A stretch of DNA of 64,000 nt from an uncultured Oscillospiraceae bacterium. Its GTDB lineage: Bacteria > Bacillota > Clostridia > Oscillospirales > Acutalibacteraceae. This document shows positions 18,906 through 29,383 of the stretch, piece by piece (the stretch's first letter is position 1; each line of letters begins with the position of its first letter). The stretch spans positions 6,038 to 70,037 of the forward strand of contig CAJJLZ010000005.1 in assembly GCA_905192745.1 (NCBI GenBank). Reading direction: 5' to 3'. Both the position numbers and the translations under genes were made by a program. A model generated the notes under the pieces. The model was not told the DNA's origin, did no database searches, and worked only from the letters and a program-made list of their open reading frames with translations.

Positions 18906-20300
18906 ATGAAACGCAAAGAAATCGCGGCGCTGTATGTGGATGCGGAGCAGCTGGCGGGGCAGAATGTTACGGTGTGCGGCTGGATTCGTACCCTGCGCCA
19001 GTCGAAAACCATCGCCTTTATTGAGCTGAACGATGGAAGCTGTCAGCGCAACCTGCAGGTGATCGCTGAAGAAGAACGCCTGCCGGGCTTTGACGAGGTG
19101 GTACGGCTCAACGTCGGTTCGGCCCTCGTGGTTTCCGGTACGATTGCCATGACGCCCGGTATGAAGCAGCCGTTCGAGCTGCACGCCGTTTCGGTGGAAG
19201 TGGAAGGCCGCTCCACCCCGGATTATCCGCTGCAGAAGAAACGGCATTCCATGGAATTTCTCCGAACCATCGCCCATCTGCGGCCGCGGACGAATACCTT
19301 CAGCGCGGCGTTCCGGGTGCGGTCGGAATGCGCGTTTGCCATCCATCAGTTTTTCCATGACCGCGGCTTTGTCTATGCCCATACCCCGCTGATTACCTCC
19401 AGCGACTGCGAAGGGGCGGGGGAAATGTTCCATGTCACCACCCTCGATATCGCGAATCCGCCCCGCACGGAGGACGGCGCGGTGGATTATTCGCAGGATT
19501 TCTTCGGCAAGCATACCTCGCTGACCGTGTCCGGCCAGTTGGCGGCGGAATGCATGGCCATGGCGTTCGGCAAGGTGTACACCTTCGGCCCGACCTTCCG
19601 CGCCGAAAAGTCCAACACGCCCCGGCACGCGGCGGAGTTCTGGATGATCGAGCCGGAGATCGCCTTTGCCGACCTGCAGGATGATATGGAACTGGCGCGG
19701 GATATGATGAAGTACGTCATCGCGCATGTCCTGACCAAATGCCCCGACGAGATTGATTTCTTCAACAGCTTTTTTGATAAAGGGCTGAGGGAACGGCTGG
19801 AGTTCATCGTGAATTCGGATTTTGCCCACGTTACCTATACCGAAGCGATCCGTCTGCTGGAGGAGCATAAGGAGCAGTTTGAATTTCCGGTTTACTGGGG
19901 CTGCGACCTCCAGACCGAGCATGAGCGGTATCTGACCGAGCAGGTGTTCCGGCGCCCGGTATTCGTCACCGATTATCCGAAGGAAATCAAGGCGTTCTAT
20001 ATGCGGCTGAACGACGACGGAAAAACCGTTGCGGCAATGGATTTGCTGGTGCCGGGAATCGGGGAGATCATCGGCGGAAGCCAGCGCGAGGAACGGCCGG
20101 AAATGCTGGAAAAGGCGATGGACTACTTCCATCTCAACAAAGCCGACTACGACTGGTATATGGATCTGCGCCGTTTCGGCGGCGCCCGCCACGCGGGCTT
20201 CGGCCTGGGCTTTGAGCGGCTGATTATGTATGTGACCGGTATCCCGAATATCCGGGACGTGCTGCCCTTCCCCCGCACCACCGGTTCGGCGGAATTCTGA
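18906..20300 (+). CDS. asnS: Asparagine--tRNA ligase
   Basis: 464 aa class IIb aaRS with an OB-fold N-terminus ([25 protein letters not shown]) and class II motifs (FRAE, GLGFERL). Confidence 0.95.
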   Translation: MKRKEIAALYVDAEQLAGQNVTVCGWIRTLRQSKTIAFIELNDGSCQRNLQVIAEEERLPGFDEVVRLNVGSALVVSGTIAMTPGMKQPFELHAVSVEVEGRSTPDYPLQKKRHSMEFLRTIAHLRPRTNTFSAAFRVRSECAFAIHQFFHDRGFVYAHTPLITSSDCEGAGEMFHVTTLDIANPPRTEDGAVDYSQDFFGKHTSLTVSGQLAAECMAMAFGKVYTFGPTFRAEKSNTPRHAAEFWMIEPEIAFADLQDDMELARDMMKYVIAHVLTKCPDEIDFFNSFFDKGLRERLEFIVNSDFAHVTYTEAIRLLEEHKEQFEFPVYWGCDLQTEHERYLTEQVFRRPVFVTDYPKEIKAFYMRLNDDGKTVAAMDLLVPGIGEIIGGSQREERPEMLEKAMDYFHLNKADYDWYMDLRRFGGARHAGFGLGFERLIMYVTGIPNIRDVLPFPRTTGSAEF

Positions 20301-20329
20301 GCAGCCGCCCCTGCGGCCATTACCGAAAC

Positions 20330-20359
20330 AAAAGCTCCCGTCCGTGGACGGGAGCTTTT
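20330..20359. terminator. Bidirectional terminator between asnS and the YfhO-like gene
   Basis: AGCTCCCGTC / GACGGGAGCT stem flanked by A and T runs. Confidence 0.7.
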
Positions 20360-20363
20360 ATGT

Positions 20364-23090
20364 TTAACGGAATCTATCCGCCTGTTCCGGTTCCAAAGCT
20401 GGAATAGGAAGCGCCGGCTCTTTCGTCCTTTTCCGCCGCCGCAGGAGCCGCCCGGCCAGACACATCCCTGCCGTGGCGAGGGAAAGGGCGACGCCCGCCG
20501 TCAGCCCGCGGGGACGGAAGGACAGAGCAACGGTATGCTCCCCGGCAGGGAGGGGGACGGCAAGAAACGCGTCCGCCACATCCGAAGCGGCGGCCTTTTT
20601 CCCGTCGATCCGCACCGTCCAGCCGCTGTCGGCGGGCAGGGAGGTGAACAGCACGCCGTCCCGGGGCGCGGTGAGGACGGCGGTGACCTGCGCGCCGCTT
20701 TCGCTTACGGTCAGCCGGTCGGGCGTCCCTTCCCGAAGGACGGCGGTCAACCGCTCGAACGCCGCTTCATCAAAGGCGGCGGCGTACAGCTCACCAAACC
20801 GGCGGTTGGTTCCCGACACCGGAAAGGAAACGGTCACTATGCCGGCCTCCTGTTCGCCGAGGTCGATCACACCGCGCACCATCCGTTCGCCGCCGGCGTT
20901 GAGCGTCTTGTCCGACAGGAGAACCGCGGCGTTTTCCGGCAGATTGTTGGAGAAATACAGCAGCACATGCTGACACGCGGGATTTTCGATGGTCAGAACC
21001 AGCCGCCCTGTTCCCGCCGGAACCGAAACGTAGGTACGCGTCCCGGCGGACGGCGTGTCCAGCGTGCCGTTCCGGCAGGAGGCCTGAACGGACAGCGGGG
21101 TAAAAAAGGCGTTCTCCTCGCCGGAGCCTTCCAGAGACGAGAAAAAGGCGTTTTGCAGTGTGAAGGGATCTGCCTTTCCATTCGCGGAAAGGGAGAGAAC
21201 GGCGCTGTCCGCAAAATAGGCGAGGGGAAGAGCGTTTTCATTGGCCCGGAGGATAAGACCGTCCGCCTGACCGACGTCCGTCATACCGGCGCGGTCGTCC
21301 CGCCGGGCAAAAACGTAGCGGATGCCCAGAACGGCGTCCAGCGCGGAGGTGGAGCCGCCGTACCGCAGGATTTTGTCGGAGGACGCGGTGGTCATCCCCA
21401 GCCGCCGGAGGAACCCGAAGGTATCCCGCCGGGAAAGGGAGCTGTAATGGCTCAGGGCGGGCAGACCGCGGACAAGCCCGTCGTTTGGGTTTCGGGCGTT
21501 CCGGTCCTCCACGCGGTAGAAATTGTCGGGGGAAAGCGAATCCCCGCGCGATGCGGTGAGGGAGGAAAGCAGCGCGGTCTGCTCCTCCTCCCGCTCCAGA
21601 TATTCGGTAAAGGTTTTTCGCTGCTCAAAGCCCAACTCGGTGTTCAGGGAGCGCAGGGAGCGCAGCGCGTTGTCCGTAAGTTCCAGCGGGACGCACAGAG
21701 CAAGGAGAATAAGCGCCGTGCGCTCAAGCACGCGGCGTTTCCCCGTCCGCAGCGTCAGCAGAGCCGCATACAGCGCAAGCAGCCCAAGAGTAATCCACAG
21801 CTGTCCGGTGAAGGCGCCGGCCTCCTCCGGAAACAGCCATTCCGGGAGCTGAACCGCCAGCATCAGCAGAGCGGAAGCGGCGAAGCCGAGCCAAATCCGC
21901 CGCCGGGTCAGCCCATCCCGCCGGGAAAAGGCACGGGCGGAGGAGGCCACCAGCAGGAGGATCAGACAGAAGGCATACCGCCCCGGAAACCAGACCGGCG
22001 GCTGTCCGCCGTGCCAGAGGGTGTCCAGCGGATCCACCGCCATGCTGAGCAGCAGAAAACCGATCAGCACCCCGGCGGCGAGCTTTTCCCGCCGGGGGAT
22101 TTCCCGGTGAAGGAAATACGCGGGCAGCAGGCCGAGAGACAAAATCCCGCAATAGAGGTTGGGGGTGCCGCTGCTGGTGGCGGAATCGTACGCGCCGAAC
22201 GCCAGCTTCCCAAGCAGGGTCAGGGGGTCGGCCGCCAGACTGAGCCAAGGAAGGGTTCCTCCCACATCCCCCTGCGCCTCCCGCAGGGCGAAGAAGGCGG
22301 GAAGCAGCAGGAAAGCTCCCAGCCCCGCCGCGATCCCCGCCGCGCCGAACAGACGGAGAACGGCCCGTCGCCATTCCTTCCGGGACGCACGCCGGACGAA
22401 AAGAAGGGCGAACAGGAACAGCAGGCTGAACCCGCCCGCCATGTACGCCGTGTAGAAATTGGAAAGGAAAAGCACCGTGTACACGGCGGCCAGCGGGGCG
22501 AACCGCCCGGTCCGGACCAGATGCCGCACTCCCAGCAGAACAAGGGGAAGCAGCAGCACCGCGTCAAACCACATCACATTGAAAAAGAAAACGGCGGCAT
22601 ATCCCGACAGGCCATACATCGCCGCAAACAACACGTTTGCCGTTCCCCGCGCGCCGACGGCCTTCCGCAGAAAAAGCGACATGGTGCAGGCGCTCCCCGC
22701 CAGCTTGAGGGAGACGACCAAAAGTACCGCCTCCGGCAGCAGCCCGCGGGGAAAGAGCAGGATCAGCGGGGTGAAGGGGCTGGCAAGGTAATAAGCGAAC
22801 AGGCCGAGGAAATTCATTCCCAGCCCGCCGTCCCAGGTATACAGGAGACTGCTCCCCCCCCGAACGGCGTCGTACAGAGCGGCATGGTATTCGATATACT
22901 GCTGCGCAAGGTCGGTAATCAGGATGGAACGGGAGCCGAAGGGGGCGACCCCGAACAGGCAGAGCGCGGCCGTCCAGACTGCCGCGGTCAGCAGAAAAGC
23001 GGCAATCGGCGGCAGCAGTCCGGCAAGAGCGTTTTTTTCGTCCCGGCGGTGTTCCGTGATGGTTCCCCGCGGCTGAATCGCTTCAGACAT
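20364..23090 (-). CDS. YfhO-family polytopic membrane protein (glycosyltransferase-like) with large C-terminal extracytoplasmic domain
   Basis: About 909 aa with many TM helices, then a soluble region and a final TM. I set the start at the ATG at 23090 with a GGAGGA RBS. The 1029-aa track ORF extends further upstream through non-coding sequence into the next gene. Confidence 0.7.
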   Translation of the reverse strand: MSEAIQPRGTITEHRRDEKNALAGLLPPIAAFLLTAAVWTAALCLFGVAPFGSRSILITDLAQQYIEYHAALYDAVRGGSSLLYTWDGGLGMNFLGLFAYYLASPFTPLILLFPRGLLPEAVLLVVSLKLAGSACTMSLFLRKAVGARGTANVLFAAMYGLSGYAAVFFFNVMWFDAVLLLPLVLLGVRHLVRTGRFAPLAAVYTVLFLSNFYTAYMAGGFSLLFLFALLFVRRASRKEWRRAVLRLFGAAGIAAGLGAFLLLPAFFALREAQGDVGGTLPWLSLAADPLTLLGKLAFGAYDSATSSGTPNLYCGILSLGLLPAYFLHREIPRREKLAAGVLIGFLLLSMAVDPLDTLWHGGQPPVWFPGRYAFCLILLLVASSARAFSRRDGLTRRRIWLGFAASALLMLAVQLPEWLFPEEAGAFTGQLWITLGLLALYAALLTLRTGKRRVLERTALILLALCVPLELTDNALRSLRSLNTELGFEQRKTFTEYLEREEEQTALLSSLTASRGDSLSPDNFYRVEDRNARNPNDGLVRGLPALSHYSSLSRRDTFGFLRRLGMTTASSDKILRYGGSTSALDAVLGIRYVFARRDDRAGMTDVGQADGLILRANENALPLAYFADSAVLSLSANGKADPFTLQNAFFSSLEGSGEENAFFTPLSVQASCRNGTLDTPSAGTRTYVSVPAGTGRLVLTIENPACQHVLLYFSNNLPENAAVLLSDKTLNAGGERMVRGVIDLGEQEAGIVTVSFPVSGTNRRFGELYAAAFDEAAFERLTAVLREGTPDRLTVSESGAQVTAVLTAPRDGVLFTSLPADSGWTVRIDGKKAAASDVADAFLAVPLPAGEHTVALSFRPRGLTAGVALSLATAGMCLAGRLLRRRKRTKEPALPIPALEPEQADRFR

Positions 23091-23285
23091 GGCTTCCTCC
23101 GCTGTTTCAAAGAAGTAACGACATAACGGTGCTGTGATACGGATAACGTCGTGTTTACTGAACAAATCCATAGAGCGTTTGCGGCGGCATTTTTTATTGT
23201 TCGATTGTTCAGCAGACATTAATATAAGGGATTTTACCACACAACGGAATAAAAAGGAAGAGCGGTCCGCATGGGCGGTTCCCCT

Positions 23286-23315
23286 AAACAAAAGGCCCGG
23301 AGCGGCGCTCCGGGC
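23286..23315 (-). terminator. Terminator of the small Cys-rich protein gene
   Basis: GCCCGGAGC / GCTCCGGGC stem, then CCTTTTGTTT on the minus strand. Confidence 0.55.
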
Positions 23316-23358
23316 GGTTCGGTCGGTATGCGGGCGCGCGGGGCGGAAACGAGCCGCG

Positions 23359-23739
23359 TTAAAACGCCTGATAATAGGGACAGTAGCCGTCCAGTCCCAC
23401 ATAATTCCGCCGTCCGTCGAGAATGTCGTCCTCGTTTTCATCGAAATCCACACAGCCCCGGCAGCAGTGGGGCAGTGCCTCCCGCAGCCGCGCGTCGTAT
23501 TCCGCCCGGGAAAGCAGAGTAACGTCCGCCTCCTCCATCATGGTGACGGCGGAAAAGTTGACATAGCACATCCCGATATCCTCCCGCACAAAATAGGGGG
23601 GGACGCAGTTGTCGGAATACAGGCAGCGCATGGGCAGAAATTTGTTGCCGCTTAAATTGACGTAGGCGACGAAATCCTCCATGGAATAGATTCCTTCCGG
23701 GTACAGATACGCGTCGCCGCCGATGTTGATGACTTTCAT
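23359..23739 (-). CDS. Hypothetical Cys-rich protein (126 aa)
   Basis: The ATG at 23739 is preceded by AAAGGAGAA. It has eight Cys, including HCCRGC and YCPYY near the C-terminus. No family recognised. Confidence 0.5.
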   Translation of the reverse strand: MKVINIGGDAYLYPEGIYSMEDFVAYVNLSGNKFLPMRCLYSDNCVPPYFVREDIGMCYVNFSAVTMMEEADVTLLSRAEYDARLREALPHCCRGCVDFDENEDDILDGRRNYVGLDGYCPYYQAF

Positions 23740-23972
23740 GGGGCTTGCTGGTTCTCCTTTCAGGCCGGAACCGCCAAGGGTGCCGGCACACGATCGATTC
23801 TTATCGTAGCATATTTCTCTTCCGGTTGCAACGTGGGAAACAGGATTTTCCCCGGAAATCAACAGGCTCTTTGAAAACCGGAAAAATTATGCTAGAATAA
23901 AAGAGCAGCACATCGGCGGAACCGGTGCGGATATCCGGAAGCAGATCAAAAAGCGTAAGGGGAGGGCGAATC

Positions 23973-24491
23973 ATGGAGAAAAAGGATATGCGGTTATATA
24001 ATGCGGTTTTTCCTATATGGCTGCTCTGGCTGTTTCCTGTCACCTGGCTTGTGGCGCTGCCCGCCAATTTCCTGATAGACCTGCTGGTCGTCGTTCTGAC
24101 AATGGTGCGCCTGAAAATACCGGATAAAAAGAAAACGGTCAAATGTACGATATGGAAGGTGTGGATCGCCGGGTTTATCGCGGATTTCGCCGGCGCTCTG
24201 GCGATGAGCGCGATGGTTCTGCTCCCTGTGCGTTCTATACCGGTTTTGGGGACGTGGCTGGCTGAAAATGTGGCATATCCCATTGGATCGAATCCATTTA
24301 CCAATATTTTTGCGTTTTTTTGGGTGACGGGCTGCGTTTTGTTAACGGCATTTTTAATTTATCGGCTGAATCTTGGATGGTGTCTGAAAAAAGCCGACCT
24401 TGACGATGGGCAGAAAAAGAAAATCGCGTTGTCGCTCGCGGTTTTTACGGCGCCGTATTTGTTTTATCTCCCGACAGTATGGTTTGTATGA
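23973..24491 (+). CDS. Hypothetical integral membrane protein (172 aa)
   Basis: The ATG is preceded by AAGGGGAGGG, and the protein has four or more hydrophobic helices. No family recognised. Confidence 0.55.
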   Translation: MEKKDMRLYNAVFPIWLLWLFPVTWLVALPANFLIDLLVVVLTMVRLKIPDKKKTVKCTIWKVWIAGFIADFAGALAMSAMVLLPVRSIPVLGTWLAENVAYPIGSNPFTNIFAFFWVTGCVLLTAFLIYRLNLGWCLKKADLDDGQKKKIALSLAVFTAPYLFYLPTVWFV

Positions 24492-24554
24492 ATACTTTTA
24501 TTTACGAGCTGAAAAAGCAGAAAACTTATCATGGTAAGGAATTTGTGAAACGCT

Positions 24555-26480
24555 ATGGCTTTGTTATCGGTATCCAATCTTCGAAAGGATTTCAGTGAAC
24601 GCACCCTCTTCCGCGACGTGAACTTCGAGGTGGGGGAGCGGGACAAAATCGGTCTGGTGGGGGATAACGGGTGCGGGAAAACCACCCTGTTCCGCCTTCT
24701 GACCGGGGAATATACGCCCGACGCCGGAGGCGTGGTCCGTGCGAAGGACGCGCGGGTCGGGTATATGGAACAGCATGTCTGCCGGGACGGCGGCCGCACC
24801 CTCTGGGGTGAGGTGGAGTCGGTGTTTGCCCCTGTGATGGAGCTGGAAAGGGAATGGGAGGCGGTGAACGCCCTCCTCGCCGGGGAAAAGAGCGGGGACG
24901 CGGCGCTGATCGAGCGCCAGCACAGCCTGACCGAGCGGATCGAGGCGATGGGAGGCCTCACTTATAAAAGCCGGGTACGGGCGACGCTGCTCGGCCTTGG
25001 ATTTGATGAAGCCGCCTTCTCCCAGCCGGTGGATACCCTGAGCGGCGGGCAGAAATCCAAGGCGGCGATGGGGCGGCTGCTCCTTTCGGACGCCAACCTC
25101 CTGCTTCTGGACGAACCGACCAACCATCTGGATATCCCGTCGGTGGAATGGCTGGAGGAATTCCTCCGCGCCTATACCGGGGCCGCGGTGATTATCTCCC
25201 ACGACCGGTATTTTCTCGACCGGGTGACCGGCCGCACGCTCGAACTCGCCCATGGGCGGCTTTACGCTTCGAACGGCAATTATTCCTTCCATAAGGCGCT
25301 GCGGGAAAAGGAGCGCGAAACCGAGGAAAAGCACTATAAAACCGCCTCGAAGGAAATCAAACGGATCGAGGAAAACATCGCCCTGCTGCGGCAGTGGAAC
25401 CGGGAAAAGAGCATCCGCACCGCCGAAAGCAAGCAGAAAATGGTGGATCGGATGAAGGCGGATCTGGTGGAGCCGGAGAGCGACGCGCCGGTCATCCGTT
25501 TTGATTTCACCGCCCGCTTCACCAGCGGGAACGAGGTCGTCAACGCCGAAAATCTTGCGATGGGCTTCCCCGGCCGCCCGCTTTTCCATGATGTGAGCTT
25601 TCAGGTCCGCCGGGGACAGCGGATTTTCCTGCTCGGCCCGAACGGCTGCGGCAAGACCACCCTGCTGAAGGTGATGAACGGCCAGTATGCTCCGCTTCAG
25701 GGTTCCGTCCGTCTGGGGGCGAAGGTATCGATCGGCTACTACGATCAAACGCAGGAAGGGCTGGACCCCGGGAAAACCGTCATCGACGAGGTATGGGACG
25801 CCTATCCCGACCGCACGCAGACGGAAATACGGAACGCTCTGGCCGCCTTTCTTTTCCGGGGGGACGAGGTGTTCAAGTCGGTTTCCCTCCTTTCGGGCGG
25901 GGAGCGGGCGCGGCTCCTTCTGCTCAAGCTGATGCTGGCGCGGGATAATCTCCTTCTGCTGGACGAGCCGACCAACCATCTGGATATCGCCTCCTGCGAG
26001 GCGCTGGAGGAGGCCCTCTCCGGCTACGACGGCACGATTTTCATCGTGTCCCACGACCGGTATTTCATCAACCGGATGGCCGATCATGTGATCCGCCTGA
26101 CCGGGGACGGCTGCCGGGTATTTCCCGGCAATTACGACGCTTACCTTGCCGAATTGCAGAAGGAGGACGCGGCGGAGCCGGAAACGCCCGCCGCGCCGGT
26201 TCCGCCGAAGGCGAATGAGTACAGACTTCGCAAGGAGCAGGAATCCGCCCGGCGAAAGCTGGCCACCCGCATCCGGCGGAATGAGGAAGCGATCACGGAT
26301 GCCGAAGCCGCCGTCGCCGCACTGCACGAACAGCTGGCGGACGAAGCTGTGGCCGCCGACTATGGCCGCGTACTGGGACTGACCGCCGAGCTGGACCGGC
26401 AGAACACCGAACTGGAACGCCTGATGGAGGAATGGGAGCAGCTCCAGAACGAGCAGATGACGATGGACGGGGAGCTTTAA
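24555..26480 (+). CDS. ABC-F family ATPase (two ABC cassettes, no TM domain)
   Basis: 641 aa with two Walker A sites (GDNGCGKTT, GPNGCGKTT), two LSGG signatures and a coiled-coil C-terminal tail. Confidence 0.9.
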   Translation: MALLSVSNLRKDFSERTLFRDVNFEVGERDKIGLVGDNGCGKTTLFRLLTGEYTPDAGGVVRAKDARVGYMEQHVCRDGGRTLWGEVESVFAPVMELEREWEAVNALLAGEKSGDAALIERQHSLTERIEAMGGLTYKSRVRATLLGLGFDEAAFSQPVDTLSGGQKSKAAMGRLLLSDANLLLLDEPTNHLDIPSVEWLEEFLRAYTGAAVIISHDRYFLDRVTGRTLELAHGRLYASNGNYSFHKALREKERETEEKHYKTASKEIKRIEENIALLRQWNREKSIRTAESKQKMVDRMKADLVEPESDAPVIRFDFTARFTSGNEVVNAENLAMGFPGRPLFHDVSFQVRRGQRIFLLGPNGCGKTTLLKVMNGQYAPLQGSVRLGAKVSIGYYDQTQEGLDPGKTVIDEVWDAYPDRTQTEIRNALAAFLFRGDEVFKSVSLLSGGERARLLLLKLMLARDNLLLLDEPTNHLDIASCEALEEALSGYDGTIFIVSHDRYFINRMADHVIRLTGDGCRVFPGNYDAYLAELQKEDAAEPETPAAPVPPKANEYRLRKEQESARRKLATRIRRNEEAITDAEAAVAALHEQLADEAVAADYGRVLGLTAELDRQNTELERLMEEWEQLQNEQMTMDGEL

Positions 26481-26533
26481 TGCGCCGAAAGGGGCGGGAG
26501 AAAAGCCGCCGATACGCGAAAACAGAAGAAAAG

Positions 26534-26572
26534 CGCCGGACAAGATTTGTGAAATCTGTCCGGCGTTTTTTT
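26534..26572 (+). terminator. Terminator of the ABC-F gene
   Basis: CGCCGGACAAGATTT / AAATCTGTCCGGCG stem followed by a T7 run. Confidence 0.75.
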
Positions 26573-26580
26573 GTGGTTCG

Positions 26581-27720
26581 CTATTCCCGCCGGGAAAAAA
26601 GACGGTGGAAGAAAACGAATAAAAGATACAGGAAGAGCGAACCGGTCAGAAGGAACAGCCAGACGCGGGGGCTCTCCCGTGCAGAGAGATCAGCCGGTTC
26701 GCTTGCCGCAGAAAGGCCGCCTGTCGCGTCAGGAAGGGAAGAAGCCGCCGGTAAGCTGCTTTCCGGGGTTTCGGATGGTGCAGTTTCCCCGACCGGCGCG
26801 GCGGCCCGCCGGTCGGCGATCAGATCCTGTACCAGAGGAAGATGCGTTTCCGCCATCAGCCGGTGCCCGGCCGGCGTGGGGTGCGGATCGGGATTCCAGC
26901 CGGACGGCTCGCTCCAGCCGGCGACGGTAAAGGTCAGCGCTTCCTCCCCGGCGTAACTGCGGAAAGCCTGACTGCAGTCCGCCAATCGTACAGCGGGATT
27001 GGAAACGGTTTGCAGCCGGGAGTTGAAGCAAAACAGAAACGCGTCCACCAGCAGGTTCAGGGGCGGTTCCACCGTCGGCGGAGGAATGGTGGTGAGCAGA
27101 AGGACGGCTTCCGGATTGCGGCGGGAAAGAGCATCCAGCACGGCCTCCACATTGTTCAGCATATCGTCCGCCGCCGCGTTCAGACGGCGGTAGAAATCGC
27201 CGTTTCCCGCCAGCTTCAGCAGGGAGGATACGGTTTCCCGCCGGTTTTCCTCCTGCAGCTTTCCCAGAAGCTCCTGCCAGGGCGCGGAAGAATCCGGGTC
27301 CAGCGCCAGCGCGCCGCCAAGGGCCTCCCGCAGACAGTACAGCAGGTCGTTCCCGCCGATGCTGACGGTCACCAGGTCGGCATTGGCGGCAACGGCCTGT
27401 ATTTCATCGGTTTCGATCATTGCCCGCAGCCCGCCGCTGGTCAGGCCGTCCACGCCGTAATTGGCAAAGGATACGGTCGTTCCCGTCCCGTCCAGTTCCT
27501 CTGCCAGACGGTCGGCTAAAAGACGGCCGTAGGCTTCCTCCGGACGGCAGCCGTATCCCTGCGCGATGGAATCGCCCAGCGCCGCTGCCCGGAGGGGTTC
27601 CGCGCCTTCCCGCGCAAGGACGACCGGAGAAAAAATGAGAAAAATAAACGTCGCCGGGAAGAGAAACGCGGCCGCCCGACAGCGGGAAAAGAGCCGCCGC
27701 GCGTGAAATACGCCTTTCAA
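26581..27720 (-). CDS. SGNH/GDSL-family hydrolase with N- and C-terminal membrane segments
   Basis: GDSI block (AALGDSIAQGYG), GGND block (VSIGGNDL) and a C-terminal TM. A TTG start at 27720 has GGGGGGAG 4 nt upstream. The 747-aa track ORF is an artefactual upstream extension. Confidence 0.7.
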   Translation of the reverse strand: MKGVFHARRLFSRCRAAAFLFPATFIFLIFSPVVLAREGAEPLRAAALGDSIAQGYGCRPEEAYGRLLADRLAEELDGTGTTVSFANYGVDGLTSGGLRAMIETDEIQAVAANADLVTVSIGGNDLLYCLREALGGALALDPDSSAPWQELLGKLQEENRRETVSSLLKLAGNGDFYRRLNAAADDMLNNVEAVLDALSRRNPEAVLLLTTIPPPTVEPPLNLLVDAFLFCFNSRLQTVSNPAVRLADCSQAFRSYAGEEALTFTVAGWSEPSGWNPDPHPTPAGHRLMAETHLPLVQDLIADRRAAAPVGETAPSETPESSLPAASSLPDATGGLSAASEPADLSARESPRVWLFLLTGSLFLYLLFVFFHRLFSRRE

Positions 27721-27753
27721 ACGTCTCCCCCCTGCCGATTTTATTGCCTTAGC

Positions 27754-27808
27754 AAACAGCCGCGCTGCGGATCGGACAGATTTCCGCCGGACGGCAGCGC
27801 GGCTGTTT
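27754..27808. other. Perfect 15-bp inverted repeat with 25-nt loop in the trmK / SGNH intergenic region
   Basis: AAACAGCCGCGCTGC (27754-27768) pairs with GCAGCGCGGCTGTTT (27794-27808). Confidence 0.6.
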
Positions 27809-27842
27809 ATCCCTGTGCTAGTATATCCGCACGCGGGACGCG

Positions 27843-28541
27843 TTAGTACTTGGAAGGAAGGCCGGCGGTCAACTGTCCGGCAACTTTTAGGAGGCTTTCT
27901 GCCTTGTCGGCTTGCCCGGCGCCTTGGAGAGCGATCGCCGCCGCTTCCAGCCGCTTTGCCTGATGGAACAGATACGCTCTTCCGTCGGGATCGGCGGCGT
28001 CCACACCGCCGCGATAGAAGCAGGCGGGCCGGGCGAGCTGCTCCGCCGCAGAAGCGGGGGAGAAAGCGGCGCACAGAACGGTGTACAGCCGGTCTCCGTC
28101 CCGGGCGATCCGTTCGGATTCGATGGCGAAGCCCGACCGGAGAAGAAACCGGCGCAGTTCTTCCGGTCTGGACATCGGCTGCAAAATCAGGCGATAGCGC
28201 CCGTCCCGCGTCCAGAGCGCGGCGGCAAGGATGGCGGCGATAGTTTCCCCGCCCATGCCCGCGATCACGATGTCGTCCGTTTCTTCCGGCCGGACAGGGG
28301 AAAGCCCGTCCCCCAGCCGCAGATCGATCCGCCCGGTCAGTCCCGTCCTTTCCACAGTGGCGGCGGCGCGGGAGAGAGGGCCGGGGCGGATATCCGCCGC
28401 AATGGCGGAGGGGCAGACGCCGGTTCCCACCAGATGGGCGGGAAGATAGGCGTGGTCCGTGCCGATGTCCGCCAAACGGTGGCCGGGGCGGACAAACGCG
28501 GCACAGAGGGACAGCCGGGAATCCAGATGAACCGTGGGCAT
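27843..28541 (-). CDS. trmK: tRNA (adenine22-N1)-methyltransferase TrmK
   Basis: TrmK motifs (LADIGTDHAYLP, LRLGDGL, IVIAGMGGETI). The ATG at 28541 has an AAGGAG RBS. Confidence 0.85.
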   Translation of the reverse strand: MPTVHLDSRLSLCAAFVRPGHRLADIGTDHAYLPAHLVGTGVCPSAIAADIRPGPLSRAAATVERTGLTGRIDLRLGDGLSPVRPEETDDIVIAGMGGETIAAILAAALWTRDGRYRLILQPMSRPEELRRFLLRSGFAIESERIARDGDRLYTVLCAAFSPASAAEQLARPACFYRGGVDAADPDGRAYLFHQAKRLEAAAIALQGAGQADKAESLLKVAGQLTAGLPSKY

Positions 28542-28657
28542 AAAACGTCTCCTTTCTGCCTTCTGCCGCCGCGCATCCGCATAAATCGGGGAGAGGTGCG
28601 GCGTAGTTCGGTTTGTCAAAGGGATGACGGCTTCGTCCGGCTTCTTTGATAAGCCGA

Positions 28658-28686
28658 AACGGCACGGCCCGTCGGGCCGTGCCGTT
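28658..28686 (-). terminator. Stem-loop downstream of the DUF1858-like gene
   Basis: 13-bp arms AACGGCACGGCCC / GGGCCGTGCCGTT with a 3-nt loop and a weak T tract. Confidence 0.45.
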
Positions 28687-28706
28687 CGCTTTCGCTGCGT
28701 TTTCGT

Positions 28707-28910
28707 TTATTTCGCGGCCGCCATGTGCTCGTTCAGCTTCTTCACGATTTCTTTCCAGTCTACCCCGTGCACGGCGCAGGCCTGCTCGATGGTTTCCCCG
28801 CGGGAAGCCGGGCAGCCGAGACAATGCATCCCCATCTCCATAAAATAGGTGGCGGTGGTGCGGTCAAAATCCAGAACGTCGCCGATCAGGCTGTCCTTTG
28901 TCACTACCAT
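28707..28910 (-). CDS. Small DUF1858-type (hybrid-cluster-protein-associated redox disulfide) protein
   Basis: 67 aa. LIGDVL...YFMEMGMHCLGCPASRGETIEQAC matches the CxxC-containing DUF1858 pattern. GGGAG RBS. Confidence 0.65.
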   Translation of the reverse strand: MVVTKDSLIGDVLDFDRTTATYFMEMGMHCLGCPASRGETIEQACAVHGVDWKEIVKKLNEHMAAAK

Positions 28911-29383
28911 ATTAATCTCCCTTCCGCCGTTACACGCCGGCGCCAACAGAATGGAAAGAATGGCGTCTCCGCGCAGCGGAGCGCCGCCCCGCCCACGGGG
29001 AAAACAGCCTGTCCGGACGGCTGCCGGACTGAGCTTTCCAATCCCATCGATGGTTTTTGTATACGTTGAACTCCTGCCCTGCGTTTTCCACGCCCGGCCG
29101 CCGGTCCGTTGTTTCCGCGGCAGGTTGTCCTTTTGTTTATTATAGGAGGAACGAAAGAAAAATGCAACCGTTTTCTTGGAAATCCTTCTTGATCGGGAGA
29201 AGAAGAAAGAAGGAAGGGAAAAAGGAAACTATGTAAAAATATAAACCGGATAACATTTTTATTTTATCGGAAGAACGAGGGCAAAAGGAGAATTTCGGGG
29301 AATATCCCAAGATATTTAAAGAAATATTCAGGGATATGCACAATATACTATTTAAATTTTCATAATTCAAAACGAATATTATA

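Noticed and set aside
23091-23453. The 121-codon N-terminal extension of the YfhO-like ORF (track ORF 20364..23453).
   Set aside because: The extension crosses a terminator and the 3' end of the Cys-rich protein gene. An internal ATG at 23090 has a GGAGGA RBS and gives a normal N-terminus before the first TM helix.
26581-28824. The 747-aa ORF spanning the SGNH hydrolase, the intergenic hairpin and the trmK region.
   Set aside because: Only the C-terminal 380 codons look like protein (SGNH blocks). The upstream part is an out-of-frame read through trmK and non-coding DNA. trmK is clearly encoded in another frame at 27843..28541.
29162-29236. A 24-codon ORF (MQPFSWKSFLIGRRRKKEGKKETM) with an AGGAGG RBS in the AT-rich region upstream of the sucrose locus.
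   Set aside because: The composition is dominated by a purine-rich tract. There is no hydrophobic core and no conservation evidence, and its start overlaps the cre-like site. It is probably a chance ORF.
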